A stretch of DNA of 64,000 nucleotides from an uncultured Christensenella sp. (GTDB lineage Bacteria; Bacillota; Clostridia; Christensenellales; Borkfalkiaceae). The position numbers and the translations under genes are program-made. Below are positions 1 through 10,257 of this stretch, one piece after another (position 1 is the stretch's first letter; every line of letters begins with the position of its first letter). The notes beneath the pieces are model-generated. The model did no database searches. It was not told the DNA's origin and saw only the letters and a list, made by a program, of their open reading frames with translations. The stretch is from the NCBI GenBank assembly GCA_964435195.1, contig CAYSYT010000003.1, positions 554 to 64,553 on the forward strand, written 5' to 3'.

Positions 1-14
1 ATAACACCACCCCG

Positions 15-929
15 TCAGTTTATATTCAAAAGTTTCAAAATAAGAGCCATTCTCATAAGCCTTCCGTTTTTAACTTGTTCGAAATAACACGCTCTCGGGT
101 CGTCGTCCACGTCAACGGAAATTTCGTTTACTCTCGGCAACGGATGTAATATTATCATATCTTTTTTAGCGTTTGAAAGTTTTGCAAGATTAAGTATATA
201 ACTGTCTTTAAGCCTTATATAGTCGTCTTCGTTGAAAAATCTTTCCTGCTGAACCCTCGTCATATACAAAACGTCTAACGAAGGCATTGCGTCTTCAAGA
301 CTTCTCGTTTCCGTATAAGACATACCGTATTTGTCGAGAACGTCCTTTTTAACGTAATCGGGAAGTTTCAATTCATCGGGCGATATCAAAACGAATTTTA
401 CGCCTTTATATCTCGACATTGCTTGTATAAGAGAGTGAACGGTTCTACCGAACTTCAAATCTCCGCACAAACCTATGGTTAAATTATCGAACGTACCGAA
501 CTTCCTTTTAATCGTCAATAAATCGGCAAGCGTTTGCGTGGGGTGGTTATGACCGCCGTCACCCGCGTTTATTATAGGAACTTCCGAACGGAAAGTAGCA
601 ACCAAAGGCGCGCCTTCCTTGGGGTGACGCATTGCTATTATGTCGGAATAATTACTTACTACCCTAATCGTGTCCGAAACGCTTTCGCCTTTACTTGCGG
701 AAGAAGCGTTTGCCGAAGAAAACCCCAAAACGCTTCCGCCCAAAGACAACATTGCCGATTCGAACGACAATCTCGTTCTCGTAGAAGGTTCGAAAAACAA
801 CGTCGCGAGTTTTTTATATTTGCACTTTTCCCTATAATCGTCGGGGTGCGCAAGTATATCTTCCGCCGTAGATATAAGTTCGTCGATTTCCTCAACCGTC
901 AAATCGAGAATAGACAACAAATGCTTCAT
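15..929 (-). CDS. pyrB: aspartate carbamoyltransferase catalytic subunit
   Basis: 304-aa ORF with the carbamoyl-phosphate motif [13 protein letters not shown] plus HPTQ and HPLPR motifs. It abuts the pyrE stop. Confidence 0.95.
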   Translation of the reverse strand: MKHLLSILDLTVEEIDELISTAEDILAHPDDYREKCKYKKLATLFFEPSTRTRLSFESAMLSLGGSVLGFSSANASSASKGESVSDTIRVVSNYSDIIAMRHPKEGAPLVATFRSEVPIINAGDGGHNHPTQTLADLLTIKRKFGTFDNLTIGLCGDLKFGRTVHSLIQAMSRYKGVKFVLISPDELKLPDYVKKDVLDKYGMSYTETRSLEDAMPSLDVLYMTRVQQERFFNEDDYIRLKDSYILNLAKLSNAKKDMIILHPLPRVNEISVDVDDDPRACYFEQVKNGRLMRMALILKLLNIN

Positions 930-930
930 A

Positions 931-1575
931 TCAATTCTCCTTTATCCAACTTTCGTCAGACGGATTATCTCTGAATTTTTTAAGTCTTGCGACGTCTTTT
1001 TCTTGTATATAGCCCGTTTCGGCGGCAACCTCTATTACCGTATCGAAATCGGTAAGACTTACGTTTTTAACGTTCGCCTCTTTTAGTCTTTCTAATCCTT
1101 TTTTCATTCCGTAGGTATAGATGCTTACTATACCGAGAACTTCCGCGCCCGCTTCTCTTAACGCGTCGACTACGTCGATACAGCTGCCGCCCGTAGAAAT
1201 AAGGTCTTCTATAACCACTACCTTTTGACCTTTTTCCAGCCTACCCTCTATACGGTTGTTTCTTCCGTGGTCCTTACTGCTTCCGCGTACGTAACCCATA
1301 GGTATACCTAAAATATGTCCTGCGATGGCCGCGTGCGCTATTCCCGCAGTACTCGTACCGAAAAGCGCTTCCGCTTGCGGGTATTCTTTTTTAACGGTGT
1401 CGGCGATGGCTTGTTCTACCGTATTTCTTTCTTCTACCGAAGTAAGTATAAGCCTGTTATCGCAATATATAGGGCTTTTTATTCCGCTCGCCCAAGTAAA
1501 AGGTTCGTCGGGACGTAAAAACACCGCTTTGATTTTCAATAAACATTCCGCTACTTTTTTTGCCGTTTCGTTCAT
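931..1575 (-). CDS. pyrE: orotate phosphoribosyltransferase
   Basis: 214 aa with the PRPP-binding loop [13 protein letters not shown]. It sits in the pyr operon. Confidence 0.93.
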   Translation of the reverse strand: MNETAKKVAECLLKIKAVFLRPDEPFTWASGIKSPIYCDNRLILTSVEERNTVEQAIADTVKKEYPQAEALFGTSTAGIAHAAIAGHILGIPMGYVRGSSKDHGRNNRIEGRLEKGQKVVVIEDLISTGGSCIDVVDALREAGAEVLGIVSIYTYGMKKGLERLKEANVKNVSLTDFDTVIEVAAETGYIQEKDVARLKKFRDNPSDESWIKEN

Positions 1576-1586
1576 AATATTTCTCC

Positions 1587-2285
1587 TTAACCTAAAAATT
1601 CTTTAACGCATCTTCTGTACGCTTCAACGGGATTTTGCGCACCCGTTATAGAGCGCCCGACTACTATGTAATCGGAGCCGAGTTCTTTTGCCTTCGCAGG
1701 CGTGGTAACTCTTTTTTGGTCGCCTACACTGTCGCCTTCCAAACGAACGCCTGGCGTTATAGTTAAAAATTTATTTCCGCACGCGCCGTGTACTTTACCT
1801 GCTTCCAATGGCGAACATACTACGCCGTCGAGTCCTGCCTTTTTAGCGTTAAGCGCGTAACTCATAACAACTTCGTCTATCGGTTTATCTATCAAAAGTT
1901 CATCCGTCATAAGTTCTTGACTTGTAGAAGTAAGTTGCGTTACGGCTATCAATAACGGTCTGCTTCCGTCTGCGCGGGTAAGACCTTCGAGTGCATACTT
2001 CATCATAACCGAGCCGCCGCCCGCGTGCAAATTCACCATATCAACGTTAAGGTTCGAAAGCACCGCCATGGATTTTTTTACCGTGTTAGGGATATCGTGA
2101 AGTTTCAAATCGAGAAAAATTTTATGTCCTCTTTCCTTAATTTCCCTTATGATATCCGCGCCCGTGGCGTAAAAAAGTTCCATACCTACTTTAAGATAAG
2201 GTTTCTCTTCGGTAAACTTATCGAGAAAACTCATAAGTTGTTCTTTTTCGTTAAAATCGCAAGCGATAATTACGTCTTTATTCAT
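1587..2285 (-). CDS. pyrF: orotidine 5'-phosphate decarboxylase
   Basis: Contains the MNKDVIIACDF and DLKLHDIPNTV motifs. I moved the start to the ATG at 2285, which overlaps the pyrD stop as ATGA. The ORF-track N-terminal extension runs inside pyrD. Confidence 0.9.
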   Translation of the reverse strand: MNKDVIIACDFNEKEQLMSFLDKFTEEKPYLKVGMELFYATGADIIREIKERGHKIFLDLKLHDIPNTVKKSMAVLSNLNVDMVNLHAGGGSVMMKYALEGLTRADGSRPLLIAVTQLTSTSQELMTDELLIDKPIDEVVMSYALNAKKAGLDGVVCSPLEAGKVHGACGNKFLTITPGVRLEGDSVGDQKRVTTPAKAKELGSDYIVVGRSITGAQNPVEAYRRCVKEFLG

Positions 2286-3196
2286 TCGTGCGCTCCTCCT
2301 ATAATGTCTTTTAATTTGTTTATTCGATATTTTTCCATCGTTTGACTTAAATTTTCGATAATTTCTTTGCAAGCGTACGGATTTACGAGGTTTTCCGCAC
2401 CTACCTGAACTGCCGTTGCGCCCGCAAGCATAAGTTCTATCACGTCTTCGGCGGAAGCAACCCCGCCCATTCCTATAATCGGAAGTTTAACGGCTTCGTA
2501 TACCTGATAAACCATTCTTACGGCGACGGGAAATATTGCTCTGCCCGAAAAACCGCCTGCTTTATTTGCTATTACGGGGCGTTTGCGCTTTAAATCTATT
2601 CTCATACCGAGTAGGGTATTTATCAAACTGATTCCGTCAGCGCCGCCCGCCTCTACGCCACGCGCGATTTCGGTAATATCGGTTACGTTCGGCGAAAGTT
2701 TAACGTATACGGGTTTTTTACTGACAGACTTTACCGCCTTCGTAACTTTTTCCGCGCTTGCAGCAGACGTTCCGAAACTCATTCCTCCGTTATGCACGTT
2801 GGGACAACTTATATTTACTTCCAAAATAGAAACTTGCGGTACTGCCGAAAGTTTTTCCGCACATTCAATATATTCGTCTACCGAAAATCCGCTAATGTTC
2901 GCTATAATCGGTTTTCTATAAACTTCAAGAAGTTTAGGTATTTCTGTTTTAACCACTTGGTCTACGCCGGGGTTTTGCAACCCGACCGAATTTATAAGCC
3001 CTTCGGTACATTCTGCTATTCTCGGTGTCGGATTACCGAAACGCGGTTCTCTCGTAGTTCCTTTAATACTTATTCCGCCGAGAACGTTTATATCGTAAAT
3101 ATCGGCAAATTCGTAACCGAATCCGAAAGTACCGCTTGCGGGAATTACGGGATTATCGAGTTCGACTCCGCTTAAAGAAACTTTCGTGTCTACCAT
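2282..3196 (-). CDS. pyrD: dihydroorotate dehydrogenase (class 1B) catalytic subunit
   Basis: 304 aa; PyrD family motifs NISCPNV and GGVASAEDV. It overlaps the pyrK stop. Confidence 0.93.
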   Translation of the reverse strand: MVDTKVSLSGVELDNPVIPASGTFGFGYEFADIYDINVLGGISIKGTTREPRFGNPTPRIAECTEGLINSVGLQNPGVDQVVKTEIPKLLEVYRKPIIANISGFSVDEYIECAEKLSAVPQVSILEVNISCPNVHNGGMSFGTSAASAEKVTKAVKSVSKKPVYVKLSPNVTDITEIARGVEAGGADGISLINTLLGMRIDLKRKRPVIANKAGGFSGRAIFPVAVRMVYQVYEAVKLPIIGMGGVASAEDVIELMLAGATAVQVGAENLVNPYACKEIIENLSQTMEKYRINKLKDIIGGAHE

Positions 3197-3924
3197 ATTA
3201 TTTCCTCCTTAACGAGAACGGGACCGTCTTTACAAATACGTTTGTTGCCGTATTTGGTTTTACACGAACACCCCATACACGCGCCGAACCCGCAACCCAT
3301 TCTTTCTTCAAAAGAATATTCGCCGCTCGTAAAACTTTTTGCGTAAACGGCTTTAAGCATGGGTTCGGGGCCGCAACAATAGGTATACGTGTATTCGCCG
3401 ACGGTATCGAAAGCGTCCGTAACGAACCCTTTCGTTCCGCGACTTCCGTCCACGGTCGTTACCGTTACGGGCACGCCGAGAGCGGAAAACTCCTTCTCGT
3501 AAAAAACTTCGCTATCGGTATTAAAGCCTAAAATTACCCAAGGCTTTTTTCCCTGACCTATAAGTTTTTTGCAAAGATTGTATAACGGAGGAACACCTAC
3601 GCCGCCGCCTATCAACAGCGGTCTGTCGCCCGATTTTTCGGTATCGTAGCCGTTGCCGAGTCCTGTTAAAACGTCGAGTTTTTTACCCTCTGAGTAACCC
3701 GACATAATTTCCGTACCTTTACCGACCATTTTATAAATAATCGTAAGCGTTTGCGAGGTATAATCGCACACCGATATCGGACGGCGTAAAAACAGCCCGT
3801 CGATACGAACGTTAACGAATTGTCCGGCAGCCGTTATTCCGCTCAAATCACCGGTAAGCGTCATTTTATAAACGGATTTTGCAATACGAGTATTTTCTTT
3901 TACGGTTAATACTACCTGTTTCAA
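3190..3924 (-). CDS. pyrK: dihydroorotate dehydrogenase electron-transfer subunit
   Basis: 244 aa; ferredoxin-reductase-like fold with the C-terminal 2Fe-2S cysteine cluster CGFGACMGCSC. Confidence 0.9.
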   Translation of the reverse strand: MKQVVLTVKENTRIAKSVYKMTLTGDLSGITAAGQFVNVRIDGLFLRRPISVCDYTSQTLTIIYKMVGKGTEIMSGYSEGKKLDVLTGLGNGYDTEKSGDRPLLIGGGVGVPPLYNLCKKLIGQGKKPWVILGFNTDSEVFYEKEFSALGVPVTVTTVDGSRGTKGFVTDAFDTVGEYTYTYCCGPEPMLKAVYAKSFTSGEYSFEERMGCGFGACMGCSCKTKYGNKRICKDGPVLVKEEIIW

Positions 3925-3937
3925 ATCGTATCTCCTT

Positions 3938-6900
3938 TTAAGCGTCGATAGTCGATATGCAGAGCGTGGTTTCTTCGAGTACGTCGAGTAAAACTCTTAC
4001 CGTATCGAGTGAAGTAAACATGGTAACGTTGCTTTCGGTAGCGACTTTTCTTATAACGTAGCCGTCGCTCATTTGGTCGGACGCGCCGACGTTACTGGTA
4101 TTTATTACGTAAGCGATATAACCTTGACGTATAGCGTCTTGAATTTCTTCGCTGCCGTCACTTATTTTCCCTACCTGATGCGTACGTATGCCGTTACTCT
4201 TTAAGAAGTTAGCCGTACCTTTGGTCGCAACGATATTAAACCCGAGGTTGTAAAATCTGCGCATAAGCGGTAACGCTTCTTCTTTATCTTTATCGGCAAT
4301 AGTTACGAATACCGTTCCGTAGTTTTGCAAATGCATACCCGACGCCTGCAAAGCCTTATAAAGAGCGCGGTTAAGTTTATCGTCGTAGCCTATCGCCTCG
4401 CCGGTAGATTTCATTTCGGGCGACAAATAAGCGTCTATACCCCTTATTTTATTGAAAGAGAATACCGGAACTTTAACGTACCATCTCTTCTTTTCTTCGG
4501 GGTAGATATCGAAAATGCCTTGTTCTTTAAGGCTCTTGCCCATAATGACTTCGGTGGCGATATCAGCCAAACTGTAGCCCGTCGCCTTGGAAAGGAAGGG
4601 AACGGTTCTCGAAGAACGGGGGTTTACTTCTATTATATATACTTTTTCGTTTTTATCAACTATAAATTGGATATTGTAAAGACCGACGATACCTATACCC
4701 AATCCGAGTTTTTTTGCGTACTGCAATATCGTGCCTTTCACCTTGTCCGATATGCTGAACGTCGGGTAAACGCTGATACTGTCGCCCGAATGTATACCCG
4801 TTCTTTCGACGAGTTCCATTATACCGGGAACGAAAACGTCTCTGCCGTCGCAGATAGCGTCCACTTCGACTTCTTTACCGATAATGTATTTGTCTACCAA
4901 AACGGGCTTGTCTTCGTCTACTTCAACGGCTGTTTTTAAGTAATGGCGTAAACCTTCTTCGTCGGCGACGATTTGCATTGCCCTGCCGCCCAAAACGAAA
5001 CTCGGCCTTACGAGTACGGGGTAACCTATTTTAGCCGCCGCCTTTACGCCGTCTTCTATTTTGGTAACGGCACAGCCGTCGGGTTGCGGAATATCGAGTT
5101 TCTTCAATATAGCGTTGAATAAATCTCTGTTTTCGGCTTTATCTATGGCTTCGCAGTCCGTACCGACGATTTTTACTCCGCGTTTATGCAAAGGTTCTGC
5201 AAGGTTTATAGCCGTCTGCCCGCCGAGGGAAGCGATAACGCCTTCGGGATTTTCAAATTCTACGATATTCATAACGTCTTCCGTGGTAAGCGGTTCGAAA
5301 TAAAGTTTATCGCTCGTGGTGTAATCGGTCGAAACGGTTTCGGGATTGTTATTTATTATAATGGATTCGTAACCGCATTTTCTTATCGTGTTAACGGCGT
5401 GTACGGTCGAATAGTCGAACTCTACGCCCTGACCGATACGAATAGGTCCTGCGCCCAAAACGACGGCTTTTTTCTTTTTCGTCAAAATCGAATCGTTTTT
5501 GCCCGTATAGGAAGAATAAAAATACGGTATATACGCGCCGCTGTGGAGAGTATCGACCATTCTGAAAGCAGGCTTAATATTTTCGTCCTTTCTCTTTTGA
5601 TAAATTTCGATTTCTTTTTTATTCCACAACTTTGCGACGTATTTATCGGAAAATCCCATTATTTTCGCTTGTTTTAATACTTCTAACGAATCAACGTTGT
5701 TTTTAATCGTCTTTTCCATATCGACGATTTTTTTGAAGGATTCGAGGAAGAGCGGAGTTATCATAGTAAGTTTATAAAGTTCGTCTATACCGATTCCGCG
5801 GCGAATGAGTTCCGCAACCGCGAAAACGTTATCCGATTTGAATTCTTTAAGATATTCTTTAATTTCCGTATCGGTCATACCGTCGAATTTTGCAAGATGC
5901 AAGTGGCAAACTCCGATTTCGAGAGAACGAACGGATTTAAGCATACATTCTTCGAGCGACGAACCTATGCCCATTACTTCGCCCGTAGCCTTCATTTGCG
6001 TGCCTAACGTATTCGGTACGGAAGCGAATTTATCAAACGGGAATCGCGGAAATTTTGCGACTATATAATCGAGGCTCGGTTCGTGAATCGCGGTAGTTCC
6101 CGCAACTTCGATTTCGTCGAGTGTCATTCCGACGGCGATTTTCGCCGTTACCCTTGCTATCGGGTATCCGCTCGCCTTGGAAGCAAGCGCAGACGAACGG
6201 GAAACACGGGGGTTAACCTCTATAAGATAATATTCGCTGCTGTTGGGGTTAAGAGCGAACTGAACGTTACAACCGCCCTCGATTTTAAGTTCCCTTATAA
6301 TTTTTATCGCGCTGTCGTTAAGCATTTTAAGGTCGTGGTCGTTAAGCGAAAGTATAGGCGCAACGACTATCGAATCGCCCGTGTGTACGCCTACGGGGTC
6401 AACGTTTTCCATTCCGCAAATGGTTATCGCGTTATCGGCAGAGTCGCGCATAACTTCGAATTCTATTTCTTTATAGCCCTTTACGCTCTTTTCGACGAGT
6501 ATTTGATGAACGGGAGATAATTTGAACCCGTTGGTTGCTATTTCGATAAGTTCGTCGTCGTTATAAGCGAATCCGCCGCCGGTTCCGCCGAGCGTGAACG
6601 CGGGACGCAAAACGACCGGGTAACCTATATCGTGCGCGGCTTTCAAAGCCTCGTCCATATTATACGTAATTTCGGAAGGAATGGTCGGTTCGCCTATGGA
6701 CTGACACATTTCTTTGAAAAGTTCTCTGTCCTCCGCCCTTTCTATACTGTCGCTGTTCGTTCCGAGCAAAGCAACGCGACATTCTTTAAGAACGCCTTTC
6801 TTTTCGAGCTGTATAGCAAGGTTAAGCCCCGTCTGACCGCCTATACCGGGGACGATGGCGTCGGGGCGTTCGTAACGGAGAATTTTTGCAATATATTCGA

Positions 6901-7111
6901 GCGTTAAAGGTTCCATATAAACTTTATCCGCTATTGCGGTATCGGTCATTATGGTCGCGGGGTTAGAGTTGCAAAGTATAACCTCGTATCCTTCCTCTTT
7001 AAGAGCGAGGCAGGCTTGCGTTCCCGCATAATCGAATTCCGCCGCCTGACCGATGACGATAGGACCCGAACCGATTATGAGAACCTTTTTGATGTCTTTT
7101 CTTTTTGCCAT
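3938..7111 (-). CDS. carB: carbamoyl-phosphate synthase large subunit
   Basis: 1057 aa with duplicated ATP-grasp halves and a C-terminal MGS-like domain. The CarB N-terminus is typical (VLIIGSGPIVIGQAAEFDYAGTQA). Confidence 0.96.
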   Translation of the reverse strand: MAKRKDIKKVLIIGSGPIVIGQAAEFDYAGTQACLALKEEGYEVILCNSNPATIMTDTAIADKVYMEPLTLEYIAKILRYERPDAIVPGIGGQTGLNLAIQLEKKGVLKECRVALLGTNSDSIERAEDRELFKEMCQSIGEPTIPSEITYNMDEALKAAHDIGYPVVLRPAFTLGGTGGGFAYNDDELIEIATNGFKLSPVHQILVEKSVKGYKEIEFEVMRDSADNAITICGMENVDPVGVHTGDSIVVAPILSLNDHDLKMLNDSAIKIIRELKIEGGCNVQFALNPNSSEYYLIEVNPRVSRSSALASKASGYPIARVTAKIAVGMTLDEIEVAGTTAIHEPSLDYIVAKFPRFPFDKFASVPNTLGTQMKATGEVMGIGSSLEECMLKSVRSLEIGVCHLHLAKFDGMTDTEIKEYLKEFKSDNVFAVAELIRRGIGIDELYKLTMITPLFLESFKKIVDMEKTIKNNVDSLEVLKQAKIMGFSDKYVAKLWNKKEIEIYQKRKDENIKPAFRMVDTLHSGAYIPYFYSSYTGKNDSILTKKKKAVVLGAGPIRIGQGVEFDYSTVHAVNTIRKCGYESIIINNNPETVSTDYTTSDKLYFEPLTTEDVMNIVEFENPEGVIASLGGQTAINLAEPLHKRGVKIVGTDCEAIDKAENRDLFNAILKKLDIPQPDGCAVTKIEDGVKAAAKIGYPVLVRPSFVLGGRAMQIVADEEGLRHYLKTAVEVDEDKPVLVDKYIIGKEVEVDAICDGRDVFVPGIMELVERTGIHSGDSISVYPTFSISDKVKGTILQYAKKLGLGIGIVGLYNIQFIVDKNEKVYIIEVNPRSSRTVPFLSKATGYSLADIATEVIMGKSLKEQGIFDIYPEEKKRWYVKVPVFSFNKIRGIDAYLSPEMKSTGEAIGYDDKLNRALYKALQASGMHLQNYGTVFVTIADKDKEEALPLMRRFYNLGFNIVATKGTANFLKSNGIRTHQVGKISDGSEEIQDAIRQGYIAYVINTSNVGASDQMSDGYVIRKVATESNVTMFTSLDTVRVLLDVLEETTLCISTIDA

Positions 7112-7132
7112 ATTTTTTTCCTCCTGAAAGTA

Positions 7133-8380
7133 TTAACCTAATTTATTATAAACGGGTTTACCGTTGTATACCGTTAAAAGGTTTTCGCCGAAGACCTTCG
7201 TTCCGTCGAACGGCGTCGCTCTGCCTTTCGACAAAAAATCTTCGGAATCTATAACGTATTCTTTTTTTAAGTTCCATACCGAAAAACCGACGTCGGTTTT
7301 AATACCGAAACGTTTCCGCGGATTAACGCACATAATTTCCACCAACTTTTCAAGCGTGATAATCCCCGTTTTTACCAAATACGTGTAAGCAACCGAAAAA
7401 GCGGTTTCCAACCCGACGACCCCGAATACGCTGCCGTTTAATCCCTTGTTTTTTTCTTCTCGGGAATGTGGCGCGTGGTCGGTGGCAAGCATATCCACCG
7501 TGCCGTCGAGAACGCCTTCTATAAGCGCAACCCTGTCTTCCTCTCCGCGCAACGGCGGATTCATCTTAAAACGCCCTTCCTCGCACAAATCGGCGTCGGT
7601 TAAGGTTAAGTAATGCGGCGCGGTTTCGCAGGTGACGTTAACGCCTTCGCGCTTTGCTTTTCTAATCGCCGCTACCGTTTCTTTTGCGGAAACGTGGCAA
7701 ACGTGATAGGCACAACCCGTTTTTTTAACGAGTTCGATATCCCTGACGACGGGCAACCATTCGCTTTCCGAACAAATGCCCTTATGTCCGTGCTTTTCGG
7801 CATACTTGCCGTCGTGTATATAACCGCCGTTAACCAAACCTTCGTCCTCGCAATGCGCGACTATAACTTTGTTAAGACGCTTTGCCTCAACCATTGCTTT
7901 TTCCATAAGAGCGCCGCTCTGCACTCCTTTGCCGTCGTCGGAAAACGCAACGACGTCCTTTGCCATTTCTTCCAAATCAGAAAGTTTTTCACCCTTCTGA
8001 CCGACGGTTATAGAGCCGTAAGGCAAAACGGCGATAGAAGCGTCGCGCCCGATTATATCCGTTTGAACTTTCAAGTTTTCGGCGGTATCGGGAACGGGTT
8101 TTAAGTTAGGCATAGTGCAAACCGCGGTAAAACCGCCGCGAGCGGCAGCCGCACAACCCGTTTTTACCGTTTCTTTATAAGAAAAACCCGGTTCTCTGAA
8201 ATGCACGTGCACGTCACAAAAACCGGGGAGAATAACCATATTCGAAAAATCGAAAACTTCACCTTTAAAATCAAACGGCGTTCCGTCGGAAAGGGAAAGT
8301 TTTCCGTCTGAGAAAACGACGTTTGACTTAATAAACTTACCGTCGGAATAAAGCGTTGAGTTTTTGAATAAAGCTTTCAT
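7133..8380 (-). CDS. pyrC: dihydroorotase
   Basis: 415 aa amidohydrolase with the HVHFREPG metal motif. First gene of the pyr operon. Confidence 0.93.
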   Translation of the reverse strand: MKALFKNSTLYSDGKFIKSNVVFSDGKLSLSDGTPFDFKGEVFDFSNMVILPGFCDVHVHFREPGFSYKETVKTGCAAAARGGFTAVCTMPNLKPVPDTAENLKVQTDIIGRDASIAVLPYGSITVGQKGEKLSDLEEMAKDVVAFSDDGKGVQSGALMEKAMVEAKRLNKVIVAHCEDEGLVNGGYIHDGKYAEKHGHKGICSESEWLPVVRDIELVKKTGCAYHVCHVSAKETVAAIRKAKREGVNVTCETAPHYLTLTDADLCEEGRFKMNPPLRGEEDRVALIEGVLDGTVDMLATDHAPHSREEKNKGLNGSVFGVVGLETAFSVAYTYLVKTGIITLEKLVEIMCVNPRKRFGIKTDVGFSVWNLKKEYVIDSEDFLSKGRATPFDGTKVFGENLLTVYNGKPVYNKLG

Positions 8381-8392
8381 AAAACCTTCCTT

Positions 8393-8421
8393 AATAAAAA
8401 AACCTTGCTTTCGGCAAGGTT
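8393..8421 (-). terminator. attenuator terminator in the pyr leader
   Basis: The minus-strand RNA reads aaccttgc-cgaaa-gcaaggtt followed by UUUUUUAUU. It lies immediately upstream of the pyrC start. Confidence 0.6.
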
Positions 8422-8470
8422 AAATTTCAACTGTACGCGCACGGATACCCCGCCCGCACCTAAAATTAAA

Positions 8471-8549
8471 AACCTTGTCGACCTCTCTGTGTCGATTTAA
8501 AGATTCATCGTGTATTAGGATAACATTTAAAATCTTTAAAGTCAAGGTT
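8471..8549 (-). promoter_or_regulatory. PyrR-binding-loop-like element and alternative pairing segments of the pyr attenuator
   Basis: The minus-strand hairpin ucgac-ACAGAGAG-gucga (8478-8496) resembles the PyrR consensus core CAGAGAGG. The segment caaggtt (8477-8471) can pair either with the upstream aaccttg (8549-8543) or with the 5' arm of the terminator. Confidence 0.5.
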
Positions 8550-8583
8550 TTTTACTAAATCGTTTTAAATTTTACTTTTCACG

Positions 8584-9498
8584 TTACAGCACTTTCGAAA
8601 GAAAATCTTTAAGACGCTCGTCTTTGGGGTTTTCGAAAAACTCTTTCGGAGTATTTTCTTCTTTTATAACGCCTTCGTCGATAAATAAAACTTTGGAAGC
8701 GACTTCTTTCGCAAATCCCATTTCGTGCGTAACGACTACCATAGTCATTCCGTCGTCTGCGAGTTTTTTCATCAATTCCAAAACTTCGCCGACCATTTCG
8801 GGGTCGAGCGCACTGGTAGGTTCGTCGAACAAAATAACTTCGGGGTCCATTGCCAAAGCGCGTATTATAGCGATACGTTGCTTTTGTCCGCCCGAAAGCG
8901 TTGACGGGTAAACGTTCGCTTTGTCTTCTAAGCCTATCCTTTTTAAGAGTTCCAAAGCCCTTTTTTCGGCTTCTTCTTTCGTCTTTATTTTAAGTTCTAC
9001 GGGCGCAAGCGTAAGATTGCCCATTACGGTCAAATTATTAAACAAATTGAAGTGTTGAAAAACCATACCGACTTTTCTTCGCAATTCGTTTTCGCCTATA
9101 CCGTAATTTTTAACGAATTCTTTTACCGCATCGGAAAACTCTCTTCCCTCGTGTTTGGTAAGCAGTTTTTTGTCGATAATTTCTTTAACGATAGCATCCG
9201 AACCGGCTTGTAATTCTTCCGTTTTGTCGTTTACACCGCAAAGATTTTTATACGTTTTAGATTTTTTTATAATATCATCGTGTAAATAAGGGTCAACGGA
9301 GGTAATGAGTTTGTCTTTAAACCAAATTTCGCCGTGCGTAGGAGATTCCAACAAATTCATACAACGGAGAAAGGTAGATTTACCGCTGCCCGAAGGCCCG
9401 ATAATAGCAACTTTTTCACCCTTTTCGATTGTACACGAAACGCCTTTAAGGACTTCTACCGAACCGAAATTTTTATGAACGTTTTTAGCGCTTATCAC
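8584..9498 (-). CDS. polar amino-acid ABC transporter ATP-binding protein (GlnQ-like, with an internal insertion)
   Basis: Walker [10 protein letters not shown], signature LSGGQKQR, Walker [12 protein letters not shown]. At 304 aa it is longer than the usual ~240 aa. Confidence 0.9.
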   Translation of the reverse strand: MISAKNVHKNFGSVEVLKGVSCTIEKGEKVAIIGPSGSGKSTFLRCMNLLESPTHGEIWFKDKLITSVDPYLHDDIIKKSKTYKNLCGVNDKTEELQAGSDAIVKEIIDKKLLTKHEGREFSDAVKEFVKNYGIGENELRRKVGMVFQHFNLFNNLTVMGNLTLAPVELKIKTKEEAEKRALELLKRIGLEDKANVYPSTLSGGQKQRIAIIRALAMDPEVILFDEPTSALDPEMVGEVLELMKKLADDGMTMVVVTHEMGFAKEVASKVLFIDEGVIKEENTPKEFFENPKDERLKDFLSKVL

Positions 9499-10201
9499 TT
9501 GCCCTCAACCTCCTTTCGATAAGTTTAATGATAAAGGTAAGAAAATATACTATTGCAAGATAAAAGAGCGCTGCCACAAACATCGGTGCAAGAAAATTTG
9601 CAAGCTCGTTACCGCTGCCTATTATTTTAGCAACCAAAGTTAAATCGTAAAGCCCACCAACCATAGAAACGATGGAAGTTTCTTTAACGAGCGCGATAAT
9701 TTCGTTACCGATAGACGGTATAACGTTCTTTATTGCTTGCGGAATTATAATTTTAGTCATAGTTTTAGAATACGTAAGCCCTAACGCTCGTCCCGCTTCC
9801 GTTTGCCCTATATCAACTGATAATATTCCTGCTCTAATCGATTCGGAAACATATGCTCCGGAGTTTATACCAAAAGCAAGAATTGCTACGATTTCCATAG
9901 GAAAGCCCCTTATAGCAAATACAACGAAAGCCATAATAAATAATTGCAACGCCATAGGCGTTCCCCTGAACACCGTAGTATATACGTCGCAGATAACGTT
10001 AAGTACACGCATAACGGGATTCTTTGACGGAACTATTTTTACTATAGCAACGAGCGTTCCTAAAATTACGCCGATGATACTTGCGCCTATCGAAATTAAG
10101 ATAGTACACCAAAGACCTTTAAATATCATCGACATATATTCGCTACTCGAAAAAATTTTAACGAGATTCTCAAAAAACCCTGCGCTTAAATTATAAAACA
10201 T
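9485..10201 (-). CDS. amino-acid ABC transporter permease (His/Glu/Gln/Arg family)
   Basis: 238 aa multi-TM protein with the conserved EAA-type loop [23 protein letters not shown]. Confidence 0.9.
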   Translation of the reverse strand: MFYNLSAGFFENLVKIFSSSEYMSMIFKGLWCTILISIGASIIGVILGTLVAIVKIVPSKNPVMRVLNVICDVYTTVFRGTPMALQLFIMAFVVFAIRGFPMEIVAILAFGINSGAYVSESIRAGILSVDIGQTEAGRALGLTYSKTMTKIIIPQAIKNVIPSIGNEIIALVKETSIVSMVGGLYDLTLVAKIIGSGNELANFLAPMFVAALFYLAIVYFLTFIIKLIERRLRASDKR

Positions 10202-10213
10202 ATTTTTCCTTTT

Positions 10214-10242
10214 TCAAAAAAGAAACCGCCTAACGCGGTTTC
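10214..10242 (-). terminator. intra-operon hairpin plus U-run between the binding-protein and permease genes
   Basis: The minus-strand RNA reads agaaaccgc-guua-gcgguuucu followed by UUUUUG. Confidence 0.5.
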
Positions 10243-10257
10243 TTCCTTGTTTTTTTA

